Positions 33,776 through 47,222 of a stretch of 64,000 bases of DNA are shown in pieces. The position numbers and the translations under genes were made by a program. Source of the stretch: Octopus vulgaris (taxonomy: Eukaryota); assembly GCA_951406725.2 (NCBI GenBank), contig OX597816.1, positions 174,902,001 to 174,966,000 on the forward strand, given 5' to 3'. Within the stretch, counting starts at the first letter, position 1, and each line of letters opens with the position of its first letter. The notes under the pieces were generated by a model. It saw only the letters and a list, made by a program, of their open reading frames with translations. It was not told the origin of the DNA and made no database searches.

Positions 33776-33939
33776 GCCATAGGACAAGGTATCTATATAT
33801 ATAAAACAAAGGCTGTCTGTATGTGTGTGTAATATGTATCCATTTCTACGGTTTACAACTGATTCTCTCCTTTTTCTCATTCCCTGTTTCTCTTGCTTAC
33901 ACACATACTCTCACCCTCTGTAATAGTTCCTCTCTTTCA

Positions 33940-34163
33940 GTTTGTCTTCTTTCCTTCCTTCTTTCTCCCTCCCTCTTTCTTTCTTTTTTCTTCATCTCTC
34001 TTTCTTTTGTTCTTTCTTTCTCCCTCTTTCTTTGTTTCCTTCCTTCTATCCCTTCTTTGTTTCATTCCTTCTATCCCTTCTTTGTTTCCTTCCTTCTATC
34101 CCTTCTTTCTTTCTTCCTCTTGCTTTCTTTCTTTCTCCCTCCCTCATCTTTCCTTCTTTCTGT
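33940..34163. repeat. Polypyrimidine low-complexity tract
   Basis: CT-rich, with repeated ccttctatcccttctttgtttc units. Confidence 0.85.
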
Positions 34164-35184
34164 TTGACTAAAGGCAGTGCTCCAGCATGGCCACAGTCAA
34201 ATGACAAACAAATAAAAGAATAAAAAAACTATGCCATTTTAATCCCAAGCAATCTTTGCTTGTAAATAAAGGTCATTACATATTTTTCCTTTATTAGAAT
34301 AAATTTGGCTTACAGATGTTTCCAGTAGTCGTTATAGGTATGTTACTGATAGGTTTACTCAATTGGTCTATTGATGAGTTGAGAGAAATTGAATGACCTG
34401 AAAGAATTAATGCTACTTTCATCAGAGCCATTTCTGGTTATAACAAAGCAGAACACTACAATAAATTGAAGAGAAGGAAGGTAAGAATAGAGAAAGGGGT
34501 CACTTAATAGATGCAGAAGTGGGGAGCAGATAAGATTTCCTAAATATCGGAAAAGGACAGTCATAAAACATTAATGTTAGTAATCAGGTCAACACACATG
34601 AGCATATTTGCAGTGTTTTAGGTTAGAAATTCTTCAAATTTCATTTTTGGATTTGGTTTGCAAGATTCTTTATGTGCATTAGTGTGTTGAAGCATATTCT
34701 GCTGTGTCTGGGGAGAGTCATTCTCTTTCTGTACCTTATAATTTAACACACTCTCTGGTAAAATTTCCACTCATTTACTTATTTATTTTTCAAAAATTTC
34801 TGCTGCATCTTGCTACTTTTTCAATAGTTGTTGACTCTGTCCGTTATTTAAGCTGTGTTCTTTTTCTTTGTTTGTGTATATGTGTGGGGGTCAGTGTGTG
34901 TATGTATGTATGTGTTATTGGAATCTGATGCCGCCTGTATCTCATCAGCCTTCTTACTCCACCATGTATCCCTCATCTGAGAGAGCCTTTGCCTCACACG
35001 TGATTTTGATGTCCTTGAGTTCCCTATGCAACACTTCCCTTTCCTGTGACTTTGCTGACAAATAGTGTGACAAAGTATGTCTTTTATCAGCCAATAAATC
35101 ATCTATATGTTCATCATTTTCTTTGAATCAATCTTGATGCTTTCTTTGTATCAATCCCAGAACTTTTTTGCCTATATCATAAAC

Positions 35185-35750
35185 TAACTTTTTAAGCCTT
35201 GCTGAAGGCTTCCTTAAGAGATGCTTGCATCTCTCCTGACACATGGGAAGGCATAGCTATTGATCGTAGCAGGTGGAGAAGGATTGTGCATGAGGGGACA
35301 GCCACGTTTGAGAAATCTCAAGTTGCACATGAGAAAGTAAGGAGGGATGTCAGGAAGGGCATCGCTGTTACACTTCCAGATTCTGACATGCAACGTCTGT
35401 GCAAGACTCTGCCTCAGTAAAGCTGGACTCATGAGTCATCTTTGTAGTCATAAAGCGAGACAGATGAGTGACAACCTGGCCACTGGTGGTGGTGTTACAC
35501 ACCATACTAATCATATCTGACGAGCATGTGGAAGAGAGTGTAATTCAGCAGGAGGACTTAAACAACATGCAAAGGTACATGAAGCCCAGTTACAACTACA
35601 GCCGGCTATTACCAGTAAAGGTTTTAATTGCCAATTTTGTACAAGACATTGTAGAACTTTAGCTGGGCTAAAAAGTCACATTCGATCACAGCACCAGTAA
35701 CAGTTAAGCTTCGTGCAATGGCCATACTTGATAACGAGGGGGCAGCCATA
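35185..35750 (+). mobile_element. Old RTE-like LINE 3' end
   Basis: LKASL...WEGIAIDRSRWR followed by degenerate C2H2-like fingers. Confidence 0.6.
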
Positions 35751-36293
35751 ATGTATGTATGTATGTATGTATGTATGTATGCCTGCATGTAAGTGTGTGT
35801 ATGCATGTATGTATATATATATAGATGTATATGTGTACGTTTGTATGTATGTATTCTGCATATTCATGTGTTTGGATGTTTGTGTTTGTGTGTTTTTATA
35901 TGTGTGTGCTTGCGTGTGTGTGCGTGTGTTTGCATGTGTGTGTGTGCGTGCACCTCTGTCTCCTTGTGTGTGCATATCTGAGTGTGTGTGTATGGGTTTT
36001 TGTGACCATGTACTGTGTCTGTATGTATGGATGTGCATCTCCATATGTGTGGACGCGTGTCTCCTTATGTGTCCTTGTGTGAAGTGAAGTGTGTGTGTAT
36101 ATGGTCATGTGTTTCAGTCTTCATCTGCGTATGTGTGCTTGTCTGTTCTTATAACCTATGTAACTATCCGTCTGTATGTCTATCTTTTTACTTTCATATC
36201 CATATGCCTACATACATGTGAAAACACACACACACACATACACACACACACATCTATCTATATAAGAGCCCACTAACTATTCTACTTGTATAT

Positions 36294-36582
36294 TGTGGTG
36301 TTAGTGGTGTTATGGGCTGTGATGAGCTATGTGGTGTTGGTGGAGGGGATTGCAGATGAGGTGGACAGAAGTAAGGATTGCAGGGGCCGGTGACACAAGC
36401 AGAGGGCATGCGTGGGCAGGAAGCATGTGTGGTCAGTTCGAGCAGAGACGGCAGTGGGACAAGACATGTTTAATTCGTAAGAGTGACCGCTGATTTCACC
36501 GAGGTCAACAGGTAAGGCCCTTTTATATTTCTTTCTCCCGTTTGCTTCTTTTTCTGTTGTCCTTTTCCTCCATCACACTACA
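36294..36582 (+). mobile_element. Solo LTR, architecturally similar to the Gypsy LTR at 8665
   Basis: TGTGGTG...CACTACA termini, 5-bp TSD TATAT, internal CAGGTAAG followed by a pyrimidine tract. Confidence 0.7.
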
Positions 36583-37630
36583 TATATAGATATAAACTGT
36601 GTGTATATGTGTATGATTATCTACTACGTATATTTCCTATTTAGTACTGGGGATGTTTCATTTATGAGGACATACTCCTGTATTTGTCTGAGTGTTGGGT
36701 CCTTTCGGTGCTTGGATAAAATGTGGATGTCAAGTTGACCCAGGTTACCTCAATGTTGGTCCTTGGCATGTTGGTAGAGTATGGAGGACTGTTTTTTATA
36801 AAGCATTAAAAGAGAATGACTCTCCCCATACACAACAGAATATTCTCCAAATGTTGTGTTGAAATTTCATATAGGCCGTTTACACACATGGTCAACCTAA
36901 GTCTTTAACCCTTTAGCATTTAGATTAATCTGTCAAATGTAAAGCCTGTTTAATTACATTATTTTAAATTAATTGTACAGCATCTTGTAACTCTGAAATT
37001 TTGATGATGTCCCTGTTTATTTTTAGAATGACTTTGTAGGGTAGGTGTGAGAAGTCAGAGCTGGCTGGTTTTAAAAATAAAACAGGAAGACAATTTTGGC
37101 CTGATATGGCCGGTTTAAACACTAAAGGTCATTGGAATGATCAAGCATATTAAGGGAATTGTATTAGAAAATGAATAATATATCAACAGTAATTATATTG
37201 TGATGTAGAAGTTGAGAAAGCTTCGATTAGCTAGGATATAAAATAGGATAATTTTGGGGCTGTGAGTTTGAAATGAGAATAAAGTCAAGTTAAGTCATTT
37301 AAAGTCACATAACATTGAAGGCCAGATATAATTTCAAATTAAACTCATTAAAAGTGTTTTAAAATTTAGATTACAGATTAAAATTTGAACTAAAGTTAAG
37401 ATTTATAAATTAAGCATTAAAGCAAACAAAATATTAAAAGAATTAAAATGGTGATGATGATGATGATGATATCAATAACAATACCAATAATAATATTAAT
37501 AAAATAACAATAAATAAATAAATAATAAAAAAATAACAATAAAATAGTAATAAAAAATAAACAATAAAAAAATATCTAAAAAACGAAAAATAAAAAAATT
37601 AAAAAAATTTAATGAAATAAAAAATACATT

Positions 37631-37667
<37 letters not shown>

Positions 37668-37672
<5 letters not shown>

Positions 37673-37955
37673 TGCAGCGTGGTAGGTGTTTATAAGCCAC
37701 TTAAGAAACACACAAAAACCGTTAGATTCACTTCAACATTTAAATTTAATTTGCCAAAATATTTTCCTCGCTTTGAGACCGCGACCTGTTCACTGACAAA
37801 ACTTCGTGATGCATCACGAAGTTTTGTCAGTGAACAGGTCGCGGTCTCAAAGCGAGGAAAATATTTTGGCAAATTAAATTTAAATGTTGAAGTGAATCTA
37901 ACGGTTTTTGTGTGTTTCTTAAGTGGCTTATAAACACCTTCCACGCTGCAATTGT
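37668..37955. repeat. 288-bp near-perfect palindrome with no spacer
   Basis: Centre ATG|CAT at 37811/37812; 144-bp arms; one mismatch seen. Confidence 0.95.
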
Positions 37956-38089
37956 TTTCATTCCAGCACATAATCTCAGAACAAGTCACTTGCTATGCAA
38001 GTACATCTCCGTAATATATATATATATAAATTAGGTAATTCACATTTATCACTTAGGCATCATACTTATCCCAACATTTCTCACTATAG

Positions 38090-41000
38090 TGTTAAAGTTA
38101 TCTAAGGAACATACTGAAGAATTTATTATAAAAATGCTTACAGCTTATCGCTAATTCCTATCTACAGTTAATAAGGTTATTCTCTGATGTAAGTATTTGG
38201 AATGACACCTCTTGGCATAATTTACATCTACTTCTTCCTATTTTGTATGGTTTCGCTCAACTTAACATTGACTGTTTTAGCTCATATTCTGTCTTTTCAT
38301 CCCTAAGTTGCCACATTAGCTTGCTAAGTGATGTCCCGTTTTTCCTTATTTTTGTTTGAATGATGAGATGTGATTGTAATAGCAGAGCTTAAATGTTGCT
38401 GTGCAACATCCTATGTAATTGCAAATTTTGTTTTGTGTTACTACAGTGCATTCATAGACTATGTTCCTTTCTTGACATGATCATTTAAAGGACATTCTCT
38501 ACCTCCTCCACAGTTACAACTGGCCCTGTCCTTCCTCTTGTTACTACCTGTGCAGTTATTATCACTATTATCATTGAGTGAGAGAGCAGTTCATGCCATC
38601 AAAGTGACACTGGGGTAAAATATGCGAAGCCCAATATACCCATCATGACTACCCGTCTGATAAGGGTACACCAGGCACATGCATCACAACCATATGTGCG
38701 CGACATGGTGATCTCATATCAAGATAAACAGCACATGACCTTGCAGGTGGGGCCCAGTTACAATTTTCTTCAGATTGAGTAGCCCATCCCGCTCAAAAGG
38801 TCCCTGAATAAGGGTTGTTTAAGGATGTTGAAAGAACCACCCATGTTTCCAGAGGTGAATTATTCAAACCCCAAAGAATCCCTCTCAACACATGGCTATG
38901 ATGCTCCCCCACTACTTCTGCTCGTGATCAGAGATGCACATATCGTCAGCCACTAAGGACATGCTCAACTGGTTAAGGTCAAACAACTGACAAGCAAATC
39001 TGAATTTTTGCTGCACTATTATTATAATTATTATTATCATCATTACCATTAAAGTTACCTTTATTGTTATTATTGTTATCATCACCATCACTGCTGTCGC
39101 CTCTTCATTAGTTTTACCATTAGCATTAATGTTAATTTTCTTGCCCTTATTACTAGTTTTTACTAAGTTTTCTAATTCTCTTAATCTACAGGTGTTGTGG
39201 GATGCTATTATTTGTGTGAGGTTTAGTTAAACAATCTTCCATATCTGCTTAAGGGAGGGAAATATTTGTCTCGGGCTGTGAAGAATTTCTTGGGAATATT
39301 AGTAGTGATTTGGACCCCAAATGGAGTACTGAACCATATTGTCTATATAGAGTACTTTCTTTTTTATATATGGTTGGAATCTATTGTATGCTTCTTTTCT
39401 CCCTGCACTATGTCATTTATGTTTATTCTGATCTATGTTGTCATAACTATTATCAACTGCATCAAGGCCCTTAAGCCTGCTGTCTCATTCAAGTGTCTCC
39501 CTATTCCTACTGTGGCTATCTTTCAGGAGATGTTGTTTTTGTTTGTCTTCAGGTGGACCTAAGATCTTATCCATTAGTCCATTCTAACTTTTGCATTCCA
39601 TTAGTGTGTTTGGTTTGCTATGTATGGGAGTGTCCACTCGCTGGTGGACCTACCATAAGGTTAGCTTTTGTGTCTAATTTCTTATTGCATTTATCCCTCC
39701 TATGATTTGTCGCCCCCCCCCACCATTACTTCTCCAGTTTGTACTTGAGTTAAGTTTTGTAGGTGAAGTGATATCATTATTCATACATGAATTGCCCTGA
39801 GGGATATATTGGGTCATCCCATAAATAATGCAATTTTTTAATACTTTTATTTTTCAAAATTAAGATATACAAAGTTCTTTATTGATCTAAAATATACTCT
39901 CCTTCATTTCCTACAATGCTCTTCCATCTATCTGGTAGACTTCCAAGGCCCCTCTTCCAAAATCTACTTGTCCGTGATGAAAAGTACTCCTCCAGTACTG
40001 TTCTGACCTCATCTACAGAATTCATATTTTTACTGTCCAAATGCTTTTGAAGAATGCAGAATAAATGATAATCAGATAGGGTAATGTTCAGCAAATATGG
40101 TGGGTGGAGCATCATTTCTCATTCAAACTGGTCCAGCCTTTGGAATGTCACCCTCGCTGTATGTGGCCGAGCATTATCCTGATGGAAGAATACCTTTCAT
40201 CTTGAAACCAAATATGGTCATTTTTCCTCTAGTGTTGACTCTCAATAAATCTCCTTTGTTATCATTTGGTTTAGGTTTAAAAATACAAAGTGGACTAAAC
40301 CTTTCATATCACGCCAAACAGACAACAACACCTTATATGAATGAAGATTTTCTTTAACCTGGGGTGCCAATGTTTCTCCTTTTCCCTACCCACTCTCTTC
40401 AACACTTGACATTTTTATAGAGAACCCATTTCTCATCACCAGTCATTATTTGGTCCAGAAAAGGTTCATTCATGAGATGTGACAGCAAGAAAGAGCACAC
40501 ATTCACTCTCTGCATGCGATTTGACTTGGAAAGTTTGTGAGGAACCCATTGACCCAATTTGCTGACTTTTCCAATGGCAAGTAGGTGTCAATGAATGGTT
40601 GAATGGCCAAATCCAAGCTTCTCTGCTAGTTCCTCAACAGTTATGATGGGATTTTGTTCCAGCGGGGTTTGCAGGATGCTCTCGTTGAGCTCTACAAATC
40701 TTCCAGGACAACTTTCATCTTCTAGGCTTTAGTTTCCAACTCAGAATTTCTGGAACCACCATTGACATTGGCTTATGCTTATTGTCCAGTCCCTATATAC
40801 TGATTTATTCCTCCCACTTTCCATTGCGTTGTTCCCTTTATTGAATTCATAAAGCAAAATATGCCAAATATGCTCCTTTGTCACTTCCATTATAGTAAAA
40901 TAACTGTTAAAACTGAACAGCACTCTTCAAAACTTGCACTTAAGGATAAGTACAAGATAAAATTACTACCTGCTTTTATAGCAAGTTGATGCAGGTAATT

Positions 41001-41970
41001 TATCCCATCCCCTCCAACTTTTAGTTCATGCAATTGAAAAAAACCACATTATTTATGGAATGACCCAATATTTGATTTTTCCACAATAATCAGCCTCTAT
41101 TAATGCCATGTTGTAGTATCCCTCATGTCTTTTAAATATGTTCCCATTTGTCAACGGCCTAGATATTTTAGCAAATACCACCCCTTTAGGGATAAAGTTT
41201 ATGTTACTTTTCAGATGAACAGATCCTCAACTTACATACTTTAAATTTCATTTTGCTTATGGAATGGGTGATGTAGCCCAGTGCTAAACTCGAGTGTGAT
41301 ATGAAGAAAATTAATTTTACTATACTCTGTTTCTATTGATATCTTAAGTCCTAATTGTTTAAAGAATTTTATTAGTTGCTTCCTAGACTTCTCTAATATG
41401 TGAATGTTACAATTTTGTACTGTAAAGAGTGTATTATCCCCATATAGTTCGCCCCTAGTTCCAGAAACTCTGCCCCTTAAGATGTAAATGCTTACAAGAT
41501 CTGTAACTTGAACCAAGTCATTTGAACCCATGGTTATATTGAAATTACTAGGTCTGTCTTTCTTCATCCAAAGTTTTCCATCATATTCTATAATCGTTTT
41601 TCTAGCCTCTGTTATAATATTTATTTCTTCCATTATCCTAGTGTTTTTCCTAGCCAAAATTAGTACCTTACTTAACAGTATGGGATTTATGGAAGTGAAG
41701 TAACTGGAAATGTCTATTTGTATAAACTTTATGTTCCCTTTATCCCTAATGTCCTTAAACCAGTGCAGTACCTCAAATGAATTAGACCATGAATCTAGCT
41801 TGATCATATTCCTAAGGGTGGGTATGTGCCTATCGATAATGAATTTACTTAATCTTCCTAACTGCAACTTGAACAGGTATATAAGCCTGACCATAGGTTT
41901 AGTGGTAAAGTTAGGTTTGTGATCCTTTAAAGTAATCCTTGGGATTCTTGGTTTGTAAAGCTCCATTCTG
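38090..41970 (-). mobile_element. Degenerate Penelope-like element (Naiad-type RT plus C-terminal GIY-YIG), interrupted by a mariner and another repeat
   Basis: RT at 41241-41966 (ITLKDHKPNF, FIQIDI, ITMGS); linker WFSTPF...TNI; CNC...CPL...IVY...YIG at about 38380-38520. Confidence 0.78.
39809..41068 (-). mobile_element. Mariner element (about 1.26 kb, degenerate)
   Basis: TIRs TTGGGTCATCCCATAAATAATG / CATTATTTATGGAATGACCCAA, TA TSD, WVPHKL, SDYHLF. Confidence 0.92.
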
Positions 41971-42164
41971 TCATCTATACATACATAAATATGAAATAGA
42001 TATCAAACATTGAGAATGAGCGTTCAACACCACATTGGTGGATAAAGATTCTTTATTTGTATTTTAAAGCTACCACTGGTTTTCTGTTAAAGAATACCTC
42101 AACAATTATTTAAGCCTACCACACACACAAAAAAAAAAATCAGAGATGAACAGAAAGGAATACG

Positions 42165-44190
42165 GAAAGTCCAAGATGACTACTGGAAAATGAGTTACTT
42201 TTAGTAAAGGCAGGTCATGTGGTATTGTTAGAAGTGAGATCAGCATTTCAGCAATACCAAATGCTTTAGAAAGGAGAATTTCTCAGACTGTGTGGTTGCA
42301 CAGGAAGCTGGTATCTAGGTGTCTGACAGACCTCTGAAGGGACATAAAAGCCAACAAACCAAGGCCAGCAAGTGTATGTGTGTGTGTGTATGTGTATGCA
42401 TATACTAGATGTATAAGTGTATGAATGTGCTTATGTTATTGTACAAGTGTGTTTGTAACTGTGTGTGATGTATGAGTATGAACACATGTACTTTAGTGCC
42501 TACTGTACACAGATGCATGCACGAGCATGTTTAGGATGCATGTATGGATGCGTGCACATGTGTACATTCTTGTATTGGTACATAAACATGTGTGTGCTTG
42601 TCTGGAAGAATATATATGCTTGTGCTTTTGTCTGGTGTGTGCATTTGTGTGTACATATATATTCATGATTTTGGTATTATGTGTACAGGCATGACAGATG
42701 TATGCTAGTGTAGTGGCAACAGGGTTGCTGAGGAGTGAGGAATAGGTATTGGGCTGAGGTTTGGTGGTATGGAGGAGAAGAGGGGAAAGGAAAAGTATAT
42801 AGACAAGGCCCCACTCTAGCACTCTCAACTGCCTGCTCTGTCTCTGCAAAAGACTGCACATTCTCCACCAACCTGCAATATCTATCAACAGGAAATATGA
42901 ACTATGTTATTGCTACCGCTGCCATTAGAGGTATGTCCTCCTGGCTGCTGGTAACTCAGATATACCATCTTAGCATTGGCTGGCCAACAACCAAGAACAG
43001 GGTTCCTAACCACCAATACTTACACAGGTCACAGGTCAACCTCACAACCTTATGCACCCCTATAACCTCCTACATTCACCCCCATAAACATGGAGTATGG
43101 ATGCAAACACACACATATACACATCTATGTATAGTCACTTACATATACAATCATACACACACATGCACACACACACAAATCTATATACATATAAGGCGGC
43201 GAGCTGGTAGAAACGTTAGCACGCTGGGCGAAATTTGTAGCCGTATTTCGTCTGTCGTTACGTTCCAAGTTCAAATTCCGCCGAGGTCGACTTTGCCTTT
43301 CATCCTTTCGGGGTCGATAAATTAAGTACCAGTTACGCACTGGGGTCGATGTCGTCGACTTAATCCCTTTGTCTGTCCTTGTTTGTCCCCTCTGTGTTTA
43401 GCCCCTTTATGGGTAGTAAAGAAATATATATACATATACTTCATCTGTCCTCTCTTTACCCATCATTCCACCAAACCTCAGTCCAATGCCTAATTCCCCC
43501 ACCTTCACCCCATCAGTGCTGTTGCACTACACTAACATACATTTGTCACACCTGCACACATACATACCAAAAGTATGCATATATATGTACATACACATGC
43601 ACACACCAGACAAAATCATATGCACATATATATGTTCTTATCAAACTTTTTGCTGGAGCAGAACCCCAAGGAAACATTCCACTGGCTTGAGGAACCCCTG
43701 TGCAATAATTTAATTGTCTTATGCACACATATCTGCACAGGAGAATTAAAAATTACTGCCGATTTTTGCAGTTTTGTAACTTCTTGCAGAACCCCTGGAC
43801 TGTGCTGGCAGAACCCTGGTTGAAAACCACTGTTCTAGACAAACACACACACTTATACATTTATACACAATTACTAGAATGTACAAACACCCATAGATGC
43901 ATCCTAAACATGCTTGCACATGCAAGCATATACAGTAGGACTAGCACATATTCATACACATTCACGTACACTCATACAGCCAATAACACATCCACATCCA
44001 TACACTCATATGCCTAGTATACACACATATATACACAAATATGCTCACACATACACACTCACCAGCCTTGCTTCTGTCAGCTTCCAAGTCCCTTCAAAGG
44101 CCTGCCAGACATCAAGACACCACCAGCTTGCTGTCCAGTCACATGGTTCAAGAAATTGGCCCATTTTCCAGTAACCATCTTGGATTTCCT
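42165..44190. repeat. Long diverged inverted repeat (arms about 42165-42800 and 43440-44190)
   Basis: For example ccaagatgactactggaaaatg vs cattttccagtaaccatcttgg, and ctgaggtttggtgg vs ccaccaaacctcag. Confidence 0.7.
43193..43423 (+). mobile_element. SINE family B
   Basis: Matches the copies at 13649 and 17131. Confidence 0.88.
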
Positions 44191-44354
44191 GTAATCCTCC
44201 ATTCAGTAATCTGAGCCTGAATGAGATTGCTTTCTGTTAGAAGCCTATAAAACTAAGTTGCATGGAACTGAATCAAACTGTTTTATATAAGGATACCATG
44301 TAACCCCTACTAAATGTGTTGAGTGCGTTTTCCTTTTGTTTATCTACTCACTCA

Positions 44355-44388
<34 letters not shown>

Positions 44389-44390
<2 letters not shown>

Positions 44391-45289
44391 AGGCTGAATA
44401 AAAAGTAAGCAACCTTTTGAAACATGAAATTCCTCACAATATATTTCAACAATGCAGAAATTTTATTCATCAAAGTAAGTACCATTACACTCACATTTTT
44501 GCCAACAAGTTACAAGTTTGTTTATTCTGGTAACATAAAAACCTGGAGTTCTAGAGCTGATGAATGCTTTGAACACACTTTCAGCATTGTTTTGATGTTT
44601 TAACTCTTTCTCTTGCAGGAAACCATCAAGGTACTTGAAAAAGTGGTAGTCGATAGGAGAAAGGTCTGGGGAATAAGCTGAATGGGGGAGAACTTTGTAG
44701 CCAAGTTCCCTCAACTTTTGGAGCGTCATTAGTAATTTCATGGCAATATGTTTCTGCAGTAATGGTTTTTCTGGGTTTTAAGAAGTTATAGTAGATGAGT
44801 CCAGCAGTACAGCCCCAATCAGTCACCATAGCCTTCTTTTTGAAGAGTTCAGGTTTAGGGAAGGTTTTCAGTGCTTCATTTTGGTCCAACAACTGTGAAG
44901 AATGTTTTTTTATTATTGTACAGAATCCACTTTTCATCACAAGTTACAATATGGTTGAGAAATGGATCAGTCAGGTTATGGAGAAGAAGTGACAAGCAAA
45001 TTTCATATCTGCACATTTTCTGATTTGCAGTCAAATTGTGTGGTAGCCATTTGTTGAACTATTTCGATTTTCCAATTGCCAGCAAATGGTTGCAGGTAGT
45101 TTTCTGGCTAAGTTCTTTTGCCAGTTCCCGCTCCGACTCAGGTGTAGCAAGCGGCCGGGGACCCGAAAGATGGCGATCCATGCCCGGTCGGGACGAAGCC
45201 AGAGGAAACTCTGGTGGAAGTCCGAAGCGCCTCTGACGTGCAAATCGATCGTCGGAACCGGGTGTAGGGGCGAAAGACCAATCGAGCCG

Positions 45290-45332
<43 letters not shown>

Positions 45333-45825
45333 CGCCAGCAGGAGAACGACACGCAATTCCGTCCGGCAAAGCGAATGACTGGAGGCCCCAGGGATGTTGA
45401 CAGCCTCGATCTACTCTCGAACTCGGAACGGGCGAAATGGGCCGCTCCTCTCCACTATGCTCAAGATCTTCAAGGCTCAGGTCTCCACTGCAAAATCATT
45501 TAAACTATTTTTGAGCTGACCACTCACTGGTCATTTCCTCACCAAATGTTTCATTGATATCGTAAGCAGTTTCAGCTGCTTTATGTCCTTTTTTGAAGTT
45601 GAATAGCAAAATTGCTCAAATATCGCACTTTGACAATTCCATTTCAGATGATTGTAACAACAGTGAAAAAAATATCGATGTTAATTTATTGATGCATTTG
45701 GGCAATTCTATGTCTTTATTATCAGACAATTTCAAAAAATATTTTTTTAAAAATTCAAAACTCTGCAAAAATCTGGTACACATTCTTCATGGTTCAAAAC
45801 ATTGCTTACTTTTTACTCAACCTAA
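44389..45825 (-). mobile_element. Mariner element (second family), degenerate, carrying a 28S insert
   Basis: TIRs TCAGGCTGAATAAAAAGTAAGCAA / TTGCTTACTTTTTACTCAACCTAA; YSPDLSPIDYHFF; DEKW. Confidence 0.88.
45135..45441 (+). pseudogene. 28S (LSU) rRNA fragment
   Basis: Conserved LSU blocks ACCCGAAAGATGG, GAAGCCAGAGGAAACTCTGGTGGA, CTGACGTGCAAATCG, TCTAGTAGCTGGTTCCCTCCGAAGTTTCCCTCAGGATAGC. Confidence 0.93.
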
Positions 45826-45837
45826 TATATATATATA

Positions 45838-46234
45838 TTCTTTTACTTGTTTCAGTCATTTAATTGTGGCCATGCTGAAGCACCACCTTTAGTCAAACAA
45901 ATTGATCCCAGGACTTAGTTTTTGTAAGCCTAGTATTTATTCTATCAGTTTCTTTTGCTCATCTGCTAAATTACGGGGACATAAACACACCAACATCATT
46001 TGTCAAGCGATGGTGGAGGGACAAACACAGAACACAAATACATACATTTATAGAAATATATATATATATACATATATGACAGGCTTCTTTCTGTTTCCAT
46101 CTACCAAATCCAGTCACAAGGTTTTGGTCAGCCTGAGGCTATAGTAGAAGACACTTGCCCAAGGTGCCATGCAGTGGGACTGAACCCAGAACCATGTGTT
46201 TAGTAAGAAAGCTTCTTACCACATAGCCACTCCT
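45838..46234 (-). mobile_element. SINE family A, diverged
   Basis: Consensus match. Confidence 0.8.
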
Positions 46235-46247
46235 ATAAATATATATA

Positions 46248-47134
46248 CAGGGTGTTTCAAAACATTTGATATCACTTCGCAATCTAATAACTTTGCCAGT
46301 CCTTGTTCAAATGACTTCAAACAGGTCAAAATTTTATGTTTAATGTTTGATATGTATATCTTTTCAGGTATAGAAATGGCATTCACTGGAAGAGAAAAGG
46401 CATTTTGTGTGTTGGAGTATACTCAAAATATAATATGCTCGAACACAGTTGAACAAGACTGTGCAGCATGCATTTGTGAGAGAGTTAGCTAAAAAGTCAC
46501 CAACAGCAATGCAGAGTTGGACATGGCACAAAAAATTCAAAGAGGAAGGCTGTCTGTGCAGGGCAAAAGGATCTGGACAACCACTAACATTGGAAGAGAT
46601 AGTTGAGCGGGTTCACCAAAGACTTTTGTGAAGCTCCAAGTTCCTAAGAAGAACAAGTCTGCAAACCCAGATTCTTCCAACAAGAGTTTACCATGTCCTG
46701 AGGAAACACTTGCTAGTGAAACCTTACAAGCTGCAGCTCATTCAGGCCATAATGGCAGATGACAAGCGAGAGTACAAACAAGGGGTTATGTGAAGGGCCT
46801 GGTCTATGTCCCCCCCCCCATCTTCCTGCCAACCTCGAGGAACTCGAGCAGAGAATCACTACCGCACTGGAGACTGTTACCCAAGACATGCTGCAGCGTG
46901 TTTGGGAAGAGCTGGACTACTGGCTTGACATGTGCCATGTCCCAGGCAGTGTGCAATATTGAATATTTGTGAAATCGTTCATGGAATCCACAGACCTTTG
47001 AGTTTCTCATTCAAAATTGGAAAAATGAATCTTATGTTGCTCAACACTAATCCTGTTTAGTCGCATTTGCTTTGACTGTGTAGTCTCTGTGATACTTACA
47101 TCTCAAATGATATCAAAGTTTTTGAAACACCCTG
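46248..47134 (+). mobile_element. Internally deleted Tc1/mariner-superfamily element
   Basis: TIRs CAGGGTGTTTCAAAA..TTTGATATCA, TA TSD; N-terminus MAFTGREKAFCVLEY and C-terminus ELEQRI...DMLQRVWEE. Confidence 0.88.
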
Positions 47135-47170
47135 TATGTATGTATGTATGTATGTATGTATGTATGTATG

Positions 47171-47222
<52 letters not shown>

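Noticed and set aside
37826-37872. Active hammerhead in the palindrome arm
   Set aside because: The stem layout is suggestive, but the core reads GTGAACAG rather than CTGAnGA; not called.
45031-45441. Functional rDNA locus, or protein ORFs over it
   Set aside because: Only about 0.3 kb of 28S, inside a mariner; the ORFs are rRNA shadow frames.
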